A DNA stretch of 40,000 nucleotides from Nocardioidaceae bacterium (GCA_046330595.1 JAXLSN010000009.1:271789-311788), one strand, 5' to 3'; shown: positions 25,143-34,110, counted from the stretch's first letter. Translations and numbers: made by a program. Notes: a model not told the origin generated them from the letters alone.

Positions 25143-26663
25143 TCACAGGTCGTTGCCGGCGTAGGACTGGTTGAAGCTCTTGTTGGTGAGGGGGAAGTCC
25201 GGGACGATCGTGTCCTTCAGCGCCACGGGCAGGGCGGGCCAGTTGAAGAACGACGGGTCGACGACCTTGCAGCGCGTCACGAGCCCGTCGCGGATCTCGA
25301 CGCGGTGCACCAGCGTCCCGCGCCAGGCCTCCACGACACCGAGGCCCGCCCCCGAGCCCGCGACGGGGAGCTCGACCGGGCTGCCGACCGTGGCACCGCC
25401 CGCCGCCGAGGCGGTGACCCCCCGGCCCATGACAACGCCGGTGAGCTCGGCGATCAGATCCGCCGACTGCTGGGCCTCGCGGGCGCGCACCAGGAAGCGC
25501 GCCATGACGTCGCCGGTCGTCTCCATGACCGGTTGGAACTCCGGGCCGAGGTCGTGGAACGGGTGGTCGCGACGGGCATCGACGTCGACACCGCTGGCGC
25601 GGGCGACATAGCCGAGCGTTCCCATGGCGTGGGCTTGCTCGTGGGGCAGCACCGACGTGGCGGTGAGCCGGTCGACCACGACGTGGTTGCCGAGCGCGAT
25701 AGCGACGATCTCGGCGAGCTCAGCAGCGACCGACGCGACGAGCTCGAGGTCAGGCAACTGACGCAGCTGCGTCGAGCCGATGCCGATGGCCCCGCGCAGC
25801 AGCCGGTGGCCGGTGACCGCCCGGTGGTGTCGCAACAGCCGTTCGCGGAGCGCCTGGGCATGGGCGTTGACGATGCCATAGCCGACGTCGTTGACGATCG
25901 CCCCCAGGTCGGCCACGTGGTTGTGGAGCCGCTCCATCTCCAAGAGCAGGGCCCGCAGCGCCGTGTCGACATCTCCCACCGGCACGCCGAGAGCCTGCTC
26001 CACCGCCATGACATAGGCGAGTGAGTGGCCGACCGCGGTGTCGCCGCTGATCCGCTCGGCGAGCTCGATCCCGGCCTCGGGAGCACGGCCCTCGAAGAGC
26101 TTCTCGACCCCACGGTGGACGAACCACAGCCGGGCCTTCATCCGGACGATCGTCTCCCCGACGACAGAGAACCGGAAGTGGCCGGGCTCGATCAGCCCCG
26201 CGTGCACCGGCCCGACCGGGATCTCATAGACACCGTCGCCACCGACCTCGACGAACGGGAACGAGCCCGTGTCGGCCTCGAACGTCGGGTCGGGGGTCGC
26301 GTCACGTCGCATCGGGTAGTAGCCGCTGGGCCAGTGGCCATGGCGGACCAGGCGCCGGGCCAGCGGGTGGCCGAGCGGGGTCACGCCATAGAGGTCGCGG
26401 ACCTCGCGCTCGAACCGGCCGGCCGCATAGGAGAGGTCGGCCATCGTCGGCACACCGTCGGCGTCGTCGGGCACGGTGATGGCCAGCTCGTGGGGCTGCT
26501 CCCCTGGAACAAGGAACGTGTGGACGATCCGGACGCCGCCGCCGTCGTGGTGGCCTGCGGCCAGCGCGAGCCGGGCACCCCGGTCGAGCAGGGCACCGGC
26601 CTCGGCCCGCAGCGTCGCCGCGGTGACCTCGCGAGGCTCGGGGAGCGGCGTCGGGGCGCTCAC
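25143..26663 (-). CDS. Fused NuoC-NuoD / HycE-like large subunit of a group-4-hydrogenase-related complex, lacking the NiFe cysteine ligands
   Basis: 506 aa. NuoC-like N-terminal part (AAGRFEREVRDLYGVTPLGHP). Large-subunit core VGPVHAGLIEPGHFRF..FVHRGVEKL. The L1 position reads ERISGDTAVGHS (SGDT at 26048..26037) where CGxC is expected. The C-terminus reads KSFNQSYAGNDL where DPCxxCxxR is expected. ATGA overlap with the upstream gene. Confidence 0.9.
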   Translation of the reverse strand: MSAPTPLPEPREVTAATLRAEAGALLDRGARLALAAGHHDGGGVRIVHTFLVPGEQPHELAITVPDDADGVPTMADLSYAAGRFEREVRDLYGVTPLGHPLARRLVRHGHWPSGYYPMRRDATPDPTFEADTGSFPFVEVGGDGVYEIPVGPVHAGLIEPGHFRFSVVGETIVRMKARLWFVHRGVEKLFEGRAPEAGIELAERISGDTAVGHSLAYVMAVEQALGVPVGDVDTALRALLLEMERLHNHVADLGAIVNDVGYGIVNAHAQALRERLLRHHRAVTGHRLLRGAIGIGSTQLRQLPDLELVASVAAELAEIVAIALGNHVVVDRLTATSVLPHEQAHAMGTLGYVARASGVDVDARRDHPFHDLGPEFQPVMETTGDVMARFLVRAREAQQSADLIAELTGVVMGRGVTASAAGGATVGSPVELPVAGSGAGLGVVEAWRGTLVHRVEIRDGLVTRCKVVDPSFFNWPALPVALKDTIVPDFPLTNKSFNQSYAGNDL

Positions 26664-28102
26664 GCGGCACCTCCGAGTACGGCGACCGCGGCCGCCAGCA
26701 CGTCGTGGAGCGGCCAGACCAACGCCCCGAGGAGGGCCACCACCCCGAGCGCCACCCCGGTCACGAGCCGCTGGCCCGGCGTCGAAGGGTCCGGACCCGC
26801 GACCGCCTCGACCAGGGTCGAGTGGCCATGCCTCGTCAGCGTCATGGACAGCGTGTGACGGGCGAGGCCGGCGAACACGACCAGCAGGAGGGCCGCCGTG
26901 GCGCCGGCGACGAGCGGCAGGCCGCGCTGGAAGCCGGCGATGACGATGGCGGCCTCGGTCAGGAACAGCCCGAAGGGCGGGAAGCCCAGCAGGGCGCTCG
27001 TCCCGGCGAGCCAGGGGCGGGCGAGACTCGGGTGGGTGTCGAGCAAGGAGTGCACCCGACCGATCTCGTGGGTGCCGGTCGCTCGGAGGAGCCGTCCCGA
27101 CACGACGAAGAGACTCGCCTTGGCCAGCCCGTGGCCCAGGATGTGGAGCAGCACGGCCGCGGTCGCGAGCGGACCTCCGATGGCGGCGCCGATGGCGACG
27201 ATCCCCATGTGCTCGATGCTGGAGTAGGCCAGCAGCCGCTTATAGCTGCGCTGCGTGAGCATCAAGGCGGCGGCCGCGGCCAGCGACAGCAGCCCGGCGA
27301 CGACCAACAGCGTGCGCATCAGGTCGGGGCCGAGCACGTGGTCGCTGATCGCCTTGACCCGCAGGATCCCCGAGAAGGCGACGGACAGCAGCACGCCGGA
27401 CATCAGCCCGGAGACCTGGGCCGGTGCCTGGCTGTGGGCGTCGGGGAGCCAGCTGTGCATCGGGGCGAGCCCGGCCTTGGTGGCCAGACCGAGCGCCGTG
27501 AGCGCCAGCCCGACGCGGGCGGTGTCGACCGCGAGTGCGTTGCTGCTCGACAGCGCCGCCCAGGAGAGGGTGGCGAGGTCACCGCTGGCGGCATAGACGA
27601 GCACGAGCCCGAGGAAGGCGATGGCGACGCCGACCGAGCCGAGGACGACGTACTTCCAGGCGGCCTCGAGCGCGGCACGGCCGCCGCCATAGGCGACCAG
27701 GAAGGCGGTGGCGATCGTCGTCGCCTCGACGGCGACCCACAAGACGCCGAGGTTGTCGGCGAGTACGGCGAGCGTCATGGCCGCCAGGAAGAGGCTCATC
27801 AGCGCGGAGAACCGGCCATCTACGCGGTCGTTGGTCGCACCCCAGGTGGCGACGACCGCCACGGCGCCGACCACCGTCACCATGAACGTCGTGAGCGCGT
27901 CGACACGCAGCAGCCCGCCCGCGGCGGTGACCACGTCGGCGGATGTCGCCGGCAGCATCGCCATCGTGGCGACGCCGGCGGCGAGGACGACGGCGGCGGC
28001 CGCCGCCGGGACGTGACCGACCCAGGGATCGTGGCGACGCAGCAGCGACACCACCGCCAGCACGACGGGGATGACGAGCACGGCCCAGACCAGGAGCGTC
28101 AT
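26660..28102 (-). CDS. NuoN/NuoM-type antiporter-like membrane subunit (HyfF/HycQ-like)
   Basis: Start MTLLVWAVLV at 28102 (TGATG junction with the upstream stop). KAGLAPMHSWLPDAHSQAP and KRLLAYSSIEHMG motifs. The listed 675-aa ORF over-extends the N-terminus in a region occupied by the HyfE-like gene. Confidence 0.85.
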   Translation of the reverse strand: MTLLVWAVLVIPVVLAVVSLLRRHDPWVGHVPAAAAAVVLAAGVATMAMLPATSADVVTAAGGLLRVDALTTFMVTVVGAVAVVATWGATNDRVDGRFSALMSLFLAAMTLAVLADNLGVLWVAVEATTIATAFLVAYGGGRAALEAAWKYVVLGSVGVAIAFLGLVLVYAASGDLATLSWAALSSSNALAVDTARVGLALTALGLATKAGLAPMHSWLPDAHSQAPAQVSGLMSGVLLSVAFSGILRVKAISDHVLGPDLMRTLLVVAGLLSLAAAAALMLTQRSYKRLLAYSSIEHMGIVAIGAAIGGPLATAAVLLHILGHGLAKASLFVVSGRLLRATGTHEIGRVHSLLDTHPSLARPWLAGTSALLGFPPFGLFLTEAAIVIAGFQRGLPLVAGATAALLLVVFAGLARHTLSMTLTRHGHSTLVEAVAGPDPSTPGQRLVTGVALGVVALLGALVWPLHDVLAAAVAVLGGAA

Positions 28103-28761
28103 CAGTCCCTCAGCTCCGCCAGGTCGCTGAGGTCGGTCGTCCCGAACGTGGCCCGGATCCGCAGCGCCAAGATCACCAGGATCGCGACCACGAGCAGGAC
28201 GTCCGCCAGGACGCCGAGCTCCACCACGGCCGGCAGACCGCCGGCGGTGAGCAGCGCCGTCGCGCTGATGCCGTTGTCGACCGTCACGAACCCGACCACC
28301 TGACCCATCGCCTGCCGACGCGTGGCCAGCACCAGGAAGCCGATCAGCACGACGGCGATCCCGATCGGTACGGCGGTGCCGAGCTCGCTCCCCTGGGTCG
28401 ACTCGATGGGCCGCGTCACCAGGTAGGCGACCGTCGTGAGCAGCGCGGCCAGCAGCATGCCCGAGGTCGGGTTGACCAGGGGCGCGGTCTCCTGGTCGAC
28501 CTGGGTCCGGTCGGCGCCCCACCGGAGCAGGGCCGGGATGACGATCGCCTTGACGACGGTCAGGGTGAGTCCGACCAGCAACGGTTCGAGGCCACCCTCG
28601 TCGCTGGCGATGACCAGGGCGATACCGCCCAGGCAGGCACCCTGGATCGCCAGCAGCAGCACCGACCCCGACAGGGAGCGACGCCACAGCAGCAGCACGG
28701 CCGTGAGCAGGAGACCGCCGGTGGCGGCGGCCAGCAGCTGGGCCAGGAACGGCGAGGTCAC
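28102..28761 (-). CDS. Hydrogenase-4 component E-like / NuoK-related membrane subunit (HyfE/HycP-like)
   Basis: 219-aa polytopic ORF. GTG 28761 is preceded by a GAGGAGGAG SD. It sits between the HycD-like and HyfF-like genes, as in hyf/hyc-type clusters. Confidence 0.75.
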   Translation of the reverse strand: MTSPFLAQLLAAATGGLLLTAVLLLWRRSLSGSVLLLAIQGACLGGIALVIASDEGGLEPLLVGLTLTVVKAIVIPALLRWGADRTQVDQETAPLVNPTSGMLLAALLTTVAYLVTRPIESTQGSELGTAVPIGIAVVLIGFLVLATRRQAMGQVVGFVTVDNGISATALLTAGGLPAVVELGVLADVLLVVAILVILALRIRATFGTTDLSDLAELRD

Positions 28762-28771
28762 GGTCTCCTCC

Positions 28772-29722
28772 TCACAGGCTCAGGTAGGACGCGGTCACGG
28801 ACAGGAAGGCGAGCACGAACGACGCGGCGAGCAGCTCGGGCACCCGGAAGAGCCGCACCTTGGCGAGGAAGACCTCGGCCACGGCCAGCAGGCCGGCGAC
28901 CACGGTCACCTTGAGCGCGAGGACGGCGGCCCCCACGACGAAGGCACCGGCGCCGGCAGCGGAGGCGACGCCCCATGGTGCGGCGAGGTTGGCCACGAGG
29001 CCGACGAGGCCGACCAGCCGCAGCCAGGACGACAGCTCGACCCAGCCCAGGTCGCGGCCGGACACCTCGAGCACCATCGCCTCGTGCACCATCGTCAGCT
29101 CCAGATGGGTGCTCGGGTTGTCGACCGGCAGCCGCCCGGTCTCGGCGACGACAACGACGGCGAGGGCGACCAGGGCGAGCGCGCTGGCGGGGCTGATGAT
29201 CGTCCCGGGCTCGTCGATGCGAGCCTGCATGATCGTCGAGAGCGTCGAGGCGCCGACCGGGATCGAGAGGGCATAGACGGCGACGAGGACGGTCGGCTCG
29301 ACGAGAGCGGCGATCATCATGTGGCGGCTCGAGCCCATCCCCCCGAACGCCGACCCTGCGTCGAGACCGAGCAGGGCGATGGCCACCGAGCCCAGCAGCA
29401 GGACCGACACGACGACGAACAGGTCGTCGGGGACCGCGGGCAGGCTGACGGTGCTGACCAACGGGAGCAGCGCGATGAGCAGGACGCCGGCAGCCATCAG
29501 GATCGGCGGCATCGCGGCACCGAACAGGGTGCCGGCCGAGGTCAACGGCGCCTTGCGCGCCAGCTTGCGCAGGTCGCGGTAGGGCTGCCAGACACCGGCG
29601 CCGGCGCGCCCCTCCAGCCGGGACCGGATCTGGCGCATCACGCCGATCACGAACGGCGCCATGGCCGTGACGACCAGGGTCTGGAGGGCGATGGCCAGCA
29701 ACGCGGCGGTCGTCGGGTTCAT
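28772..29722 (-). CDS. NuoH/HycD-like membrane subunit
   Basis: Start MNPTTAALLAIALQTLVV at 29722 (ATGA overlap with the upstream stop at 29719). 316 aa. Internal motifs RLEGRAGAGVWQPYRDLRKL and VAETGRLPVDNPSTHLELTM are typical of HycD/NuoH. The listed 577-aa ORF has a spurious Arg/Pro-rich N-terminus. Confidence 0.85.
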   Translation of the reverse strand: MNPTTAALLAIALQTLVVTAMAPFVIGVMRQIRSRLEGRAGAGVWQPYRDLRKLARKAPLTSAGTLFGAAMPPILMAAGVLLIALLPLVSTVSLPAVPDDLFVVVSVLLLGSVAIALLGLDAGSAFGGMGSSRHMMIAALVEPTVLVAVYALSIPVGASTLSTIMQARIDEPGTIISPASALALVALAVVVVAETGRLPVDNPSTHLELTMVHEAMVLEVSGRDLGWVELSSWLRLVGLVGLVANLAAPWGVASAAGAGAFVVGAAVLALKVTVVAGLLAVAEVFLAKVRLFRVPELLAASFVLAFLSVTASYLSL

Positions 29723-31710
29723 CGCAGCACCCCGACGAGGACGGCGACGAGGGCCGCGAAGGAGAACCCGACGTAGCGGTGGATGCTGCCGTTCTGGACC
29801 CGCCGGGCGAGGTCGCCCAGCGCCTTGAGCAGGCGGACGACGGGCCGATAGAGCCGGTTCTCGACGACGTCGCTGACCCGCTGGGTGAACGACATCGCCT
29901 CGATGACATAGGCGGACTCGCCGGCCCGGGTGACCTGGAGGTCGCGGGTCGGTGAGAGCGCGTCGCCGAAGACGCGCACGAGCGGCTCGGCGTACGACGT
30001 CGCGGTGTACTGCATCCGCGGGCTGGTGCGCACGCCGCCGCAGCCCCACCCGAGGTCGACGTGGACCCGGGGGACCCGCATCGCGAGGAGGACGACCACG
30101 ACCACGATCGGCGCGGACAGGACGATGCCGAGCAGCGCGAGGGCGATGGGGTCGAGGGAGGCGTCGACGGTCGGGAGGGACAGCCCGGCGACTCCGTGGG
30201 AGGCCAGCGCTCCGGGGATGATGCGGTCGACGACGCCGGCGGTGGCGCCGGGGGCGACGCCCAGGCCGATGACCGCGGCCGCCATCGCGAGCAGCGCCAG
30301 TCGCATCGATGCCGGCCCCTCGTGGGCGAGCTGGGCGCCGACGCTGCGCGGCCGGGCGAGTGCGGCGATCCCGAACGCCTTGGTGAAGGTGAGCAGCGCC
30401 AGCCCGGCGGTGAGCGCCACGACGCCCATCACCGCCGGCAGCAGCGCCGTGGTGAGCCGGTCGGTGCGAGCGTCGGCGTGGATGAGCGACTGGAGCAGCA
30501 CCCACTCGGCGATGAACCCGCCGGTGACGGGCAGCGCGGCCGCGCCGAGGGCGCCGACGCCGAAGGCGATCGTGGTGACCGGCATCTGCCGCGCCAGCCC
30601 GCCGAGCCGGTCGAGGTCACGCTCACCGGTGGCGTGGAGGATCGAGCCGGCCGCGAGGAACAGCACCGCCTTGAACGCCGCGTGACTGATCGTGAGCAAC
30701 AGCGCCGCCGACATCGCGGTCGCGGCGACGCCGCCCGCGGTGTCGCGGGTCAGCTGGGCGAGACCCACCGCGGCCAGGATCAGCCCGACGTTCTCGGTCG
30801 TGGAGTAGGCCAGCAGCCGCTTGAGGTCGGAGGCCACGGCGGCGTGGAGGATGCCATAGACGGCGCTCGGGAGGGCCAGCGCGAGCAGGAGGAGCGCCCA
30901 CCAGGTGGGGCCGTCGGGCAGCAGCGTGGTGGTGGTGAGCACGATGCCGAAGACGCCCATCTTGACCATCACGGCGCTCATCAGCGCGGACACGTGGGAG
31001 GGCGCCTCGGGGTGGGCCCGAGGGAGCCACACATGCAGCGGGACGACCCCGGCCTTGGCGCCGAAGCCCAGCACCAGCAACACGAAGGCGACGCTGGCTC
31101 CGGTGCCGCTGGCGGGCGCCTCGGCCATCGCCGCGAACGACGTGTCGCCGGCCCGCTCGGTGAGGATCCCGAGTCCGGCCGCGACGAACAGGAAGCTGAG
31201 GTGGGTCATGACGGCATACCAGAGCCCGGCGCGGCGCACCGTGGGCCGGAGCCGGTGCTCGGCGAGCACCAGGACGGTGGACCCGACGGCCATCACCTCC
31301 CAGGCGAGCAGGAACGTGATCGCGTCGGCCGCCACCGGGACCAGCTGGAGCCCGAGCACGAACGCGGCGTACGCCGACCAGGCGGTGCACGACGCCGCCG
31401 CCCCGTGGGCATAGCCGATGCCATAGACCGACGCGACGGTGGCGACGACGCCGGCGAGCAGGGTGAACAGCCCGCCCAACGGCGTGCCGGCCACGCCCAG
31501 GGCGAGCCCGGGCAGGGCGGTGTCGACGCGGAGTGCGTCACCAGCACCGGTCAGGGCTACGGCGCCGGTGACGCACCCCGCGACCCCCAGGCCCGCCGTG
31601 ACGAGACCGGCCGCGAGGTTGCGGCGCCGGTCTCCTGCCAGCACGGCGGCGAGGACTGCGAGGACAGCGAGGGCGAGCTGGGCCCACAGGGCCCCCTGGA
31701 ACGTGGTCAT
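29719..31710 (-). CDS. NuoL-type antiporter-like membrane subunit (HyfB/HycC-like)
   Basis: Start MTTFQGALWAQLAL at 31710 (ATGA overlap with the NuoB-like stop at 31707). KAGVVPLHVWLPRAHPEAPSHVSALMS and KRLLAYSTTENVG. About 663 aa with a long C-terminal extension. Confidence 0.85.
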   Translation of the reverse strand: MTTFQGALWAQLALAVLAVLAAVLAGDRRRNLAAGLVTAGLGVAGCVTGAVALTGAGDALRVDTALPGLALGVAGTPLGGLFTLLAGVVATVASVYGIGYAHGAAASCTAWSAYAAFVLGLQLVPVAADAITFLLAWEVMAVGSTVLVLAEHRLRPTVRRAGLWYAVMTHLSFLFVAAGLGILTERAGDTSFAAMAEAPASGTGASVAFVLLVLGFGAKAGVVPLHVWLPRAHPEAPSHVSALMSAVMVKMGVFGIVLTTTTLLPDGPTWWALLLLALALPSAVYGILHAAVASDLKRLLAYSTTENVGLILAAVGLAQLTRDTAGGVAATAMSAALLLTISHAAFKAVLFLAAGSILHATGERDLDRLGGLARQMPVTTIAFGVGALGAAALPVTGGFIAEWVLLQSLIHADARTDRLTTALLPAVMGVVALTAGLALLTFTKAFGIAALARPRSVGAQLAHEGPASMRLALLAMAAAVIGLGVAPGATAGVVDRIIPGALASHGVAGLSLPTVDASLDPIALALLGIVLSAPIVVVVVLLAMRVPRVHVDLGWGCGGVRTSPRMQYTATSYAEPLVRVFGDALSPTRDLQVTRAGESAYVIEAMSFTQRVSDVVENRLYRPVVRLLKALGDLARRVQNGSIHRYVGFSFAALVAVLVGVLR

Positions 31711-32192
31711 CGGCCGGTCACGGTCCTGAGCGCGGCGATGATGGCGTCCGGTTCGGGAGGACAACCGGGCACCCGAAGGTCGACGTCGACGACGTCCTCG
31801 GCAGCGCCACGCACCCCGGTGCCGCCGTGGAAGAGGCCGCAGTCGACGGCACAGTCACCGACCGCGACGACGCGCCGCGGCTGGGGCGTGGCCTCGACGG
31901 TGCGGCGCAGCGGCTCGGCCATGTTGTGGGTGACGACGCCCGTCACGAGCACCACGTCGGCGTGGCGGGGTGAGGCGACGAGGCGGGCGCCGTAGCGCTC
32001 GGCGTCATAGACGGGGCCGAAGCAGGCGCCGACCTCGATCTCGCACCCGTTGCAGGAGCCGGCATCGACGTGGCGGACCTGCACGCTGCCACCGAAGACG
32101 GCCGCGTCGGGCGAGGCGTCGGGGCGGTCGGGCGCGGGGTCCGCCAGGCGTCCGAGCCGCAGGATGCGCCGGGCCAGCCGGCCGGGGTTCAT
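31707..32192 (-). CDS. NuoB / hydrogenase small-subunit-like [4Fe-4S] protein
   Basis: 161 aa. The four cluster cysteines are retained: GSCNGCE, VGDCAVDCG and VPGCPP. ATGA overlap with the ArsR stop. Confidence 0.9.
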   Translation of the reverse strand: MNPGRLARRILRLGRLADPAPDRPDASPDAAVFGGSVQVRHVDAGSCNGCEIEVGACFGPVYDAERYGARLVASPRHADVVLVTGVVTHNMAEPLRRTVEATPQPRRVVAVGDCAVDCGLFHGGTGVRGAAEDVVDVDLRVPGCPPEPDAIIAALRTVTGR

Positions 32193-32536
32193 CGGGCGCC
32201 ACCGGCGGGCGCGGAGGCGGGCTCGTGGCCCTCGTCGGCGAGCTCGCGCAACAGCCGGCGCGCGGCCGCGAGCATCTCGACGACCTCGGCGCTCACCAGG
32301 CTATAGACGACCTGCCCGCCGGTGCGCTGCTGCCGCACGAGGCCGGTACGACGCAGCACGGCGAGGTGCTGGGACAGCCCCGCCTGCTCGACCTCGATGT
32401 GACCGAGCAGCTCGTGCACGGCGTGGGGGCGCTCGCAGAGCAGCTCGAGCACGCGGATGCGGACGGGGTGGCCGAGCGACTTGAAGAGCTCGGCCTTGCG
32501 CTCGTAGATGGGCGCCCCACTCACTGACATTCGCAC
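32189..32536 (-). CDS. ArsR/SmtB-family transcriptional regulator, first gene of the hydrogenase-like operon
   Basis: LFKSLGHPVRIRVLELLCERPHAVHELLGHIEVEQAGLSQHLAVLRRTGLV is a canonical ArsR wHTH. Start at GTG 32536 or ATG 32530. Confidence 0.9.
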   Translation of the reverse strand: MRMSVSGAPIYERKAELFKSLGHPVRIRVLELLCERPHAVHELLGHIEVEQAGLSQHLAVLRRTGLVRQQRTGGQVVYSLVSAEVVEMLAAARRLLRELADEGHEPASAPAGGAR

Positions 32537-32554
32537 TTGCGAAGATTCGCATAT
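32530..32554. promoter_or_regulatory. Candidate ArsR operator: TTCGCA-CT-TGCGAA palindrome plus an extra TTCGCA half-site
   Basis: TTCGCACTTGCGAA at 32530-32543 overlaps the ArsR start codon(s). TTCGCATAT at 32546-32554 repeats the half-site. Confidence 0.35.
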
Positions 32555-32655
32555 CGTTGTTGTCCGGTCAATGTGAGGCCGGTCGTCCTGTCGCTCCCGT
32601 CACATCGCGCGATGACTTGGGTGCGTTCCGCGGCCATCGGCCTAGACTCGACGGC

Positions 32656-34110
32656 GTGTCGGGGTCGGCGCTCACAGCACCCCACGTGCGCGACGTGGTC
32701 GCGCGGTCGTGGCGCCGATCGGCCGCCCAGGGGGCGTCGCGGACCACCGGTGACCGGCTCCCGCGCGTGCTCGACACCGCGACCCTCGACGCCACCCGCG
32801 ACGCCAACCCGGTGGCGGGCCTGATGCCGGTGGTGCGCACGCTCCTCGACGGCGGCACCAAGGCCGCCGGCGCGGCGTTCGCCGTCTCCGACGCCACCGG
32901 CACCCTGCTCTGGCTGGGGGGTGACCGGAGGTCACTGCGCGGGTTGGAGCGCATCAACTTCGTCGAAGGAGCGGACTGGTCGGAGCGCTCCGTCGGCACC
33001 AACGCCCCCGGGACCGCGCTCGCGACCGGCCACCCGGTCCAGGTCATCGGCGCCGAGCACTACCACGAGGCGGTGCGCACGTGGTCGTGCGTCGCCGCCC
33101 CGGTGCGCGACCCGGATGCGGGTGGCATCGCCGCCACCGTGGACATCACCGGACACGACGACGTCAGCAGCCCGTTGGCACTGTCGCTCGCCACCACGAC
33201 GGCCCACACCCTCGAGAGCGAGCTCCGGCACTCGTGGACCATCCGCGACGCGCGCACCCGGGCCCGCTTCAAGCAGGCCCACGGTCGCGCCAACCCCTCG
33301 CTCGCCCTGGTCTCCCCCGCCGGCCGGGTGCTCGTCGCCCCGGAGGGCAGCGGCCTGGGCGAACGGATCCGGGTGCCGCAGGGCATGCTGGGACACGACG
33401 TCCTGGTCAACCAGCGGCGGCTGCCGCTCGAGCCCTTCGGCGACGAGGGCTACGGCGTGCTCCACCTACGTGGCGGGGACACGGTGTCCGGGCCGGGCCT
33501 GACAGCGCCGTTGCGCCTGCTCGATGCCGAGCCCGACCTCCGGGTCCTCGGCGTCGACCGGGCCGCCGTCATGGTCGACGGGCAGCCGCTCCGGCTCTCC
33601 CTGCGCCACAGCGAGATCCTGGTGCTGTTGCTCGACGCCACCGAAGGGCTCTCGGCCCACGAGCTCGCGGTCGAGCTGTGTGAGGACGAGCGCTCGTCGG
33701 TCGCGATCCGCGCCGAGGTCGGCCGGCTCCGCACCCGGGTCGGCGCCGGCCTGCTGTCGTCCCATCCCTATGGGCTGACCAGTCCCCTGGTCACCGACGT
33801 CGAGATCGTGCGCGCCGCGCTCGCCCGGGGCGACGTCGCCCTCGCCCTCGACCACTACGCCGGCCCGCTGCTGCCGCACTCGAGCGCGCCGGGCATCGTC
33901 GAGCGCCGCGAGGAGCTTGCCCAGCAGATGCGCGGCGCCGTCGTCGGGTCGGCCGACGGGGTGGTGCTGCGACGGTGGGTCGACCGACCGTGCGGCCGCG
34001 ACGACGTCCACGCCTGGCACGCCCTCGCACACGCCCTGCCACCCGGGTCGGCACAGCGGGCGGCCGCCGACCAGCGCGCCCGCGGCCTCGACGCCGAGCT
34101 GGGCCGCTAG
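32656..34110 (+). CDS. Transcriptional regulator: AcoR-type N-terminal GAF domain fused to a SARP-like winged-helix + BTAD module
   Basis: [68 protein letters not shown] matches the AcoR/GAF sensory pattern. [45 protein letters not shown] matches an OmpR-type wHTH. There is a helical BTAD-like tail. The GTG 32656 start lies 7 nt after a TAGACT -10-like box; the listed 32557 is possible. Confidence 0.7.
   Translation: MSGSALTAPHVRDVVARSWRRSAAQGASRTTGDRLPRVLDTATLDATRDANPVAGLMPVVRTLLDGGTKAAGAAFAVSDATGTLLWLGGDRRSLRGLERINFVEGADWSERSVGTNAPGTALATGHPVQVIGAEHYHEAVRTWSCVAAPVRDPDAGGIAATVDITGHDDVSSPLALSLATTTAHTLESELRHSWTIRDARTRARFKQAHGRANPSLALVSPAGRVLVAPEGSGLGERIRVPQGMLGHDVLVNQRRLPLEPFGDEGYGVLHLRGGDTVSGPGLTAPLRLLDAEPDLRVLGVDRAAVMVDGQPLRLSLRHSEILVLLLDATEGLSAHELAVELCEDERSSVAIRAEVGRLRTRVGAGLLSSHPYGLTSPLVTDVEIVRAALARGDVALALDHYAGPLLPHSSAPGIVERREELAQQMRGAVVGSADGVVLRRWVDRPCGRDDVHAWHALAHALPPGSAQRAAADQRARGLDAELGR

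Noticed and set aside
25143-32192. Annotating the operon as a bona fide [NiFe] hydrogenase-3/4 or formate hydrogenlyase
   Set aside because: The large subunit lacks all four cysteine ligands. No formate dehydrogenase, HycF-type ferredoxin, Hyp maturation or protease genes accompany it. The hyc/hyf names are used only as structural analogies.
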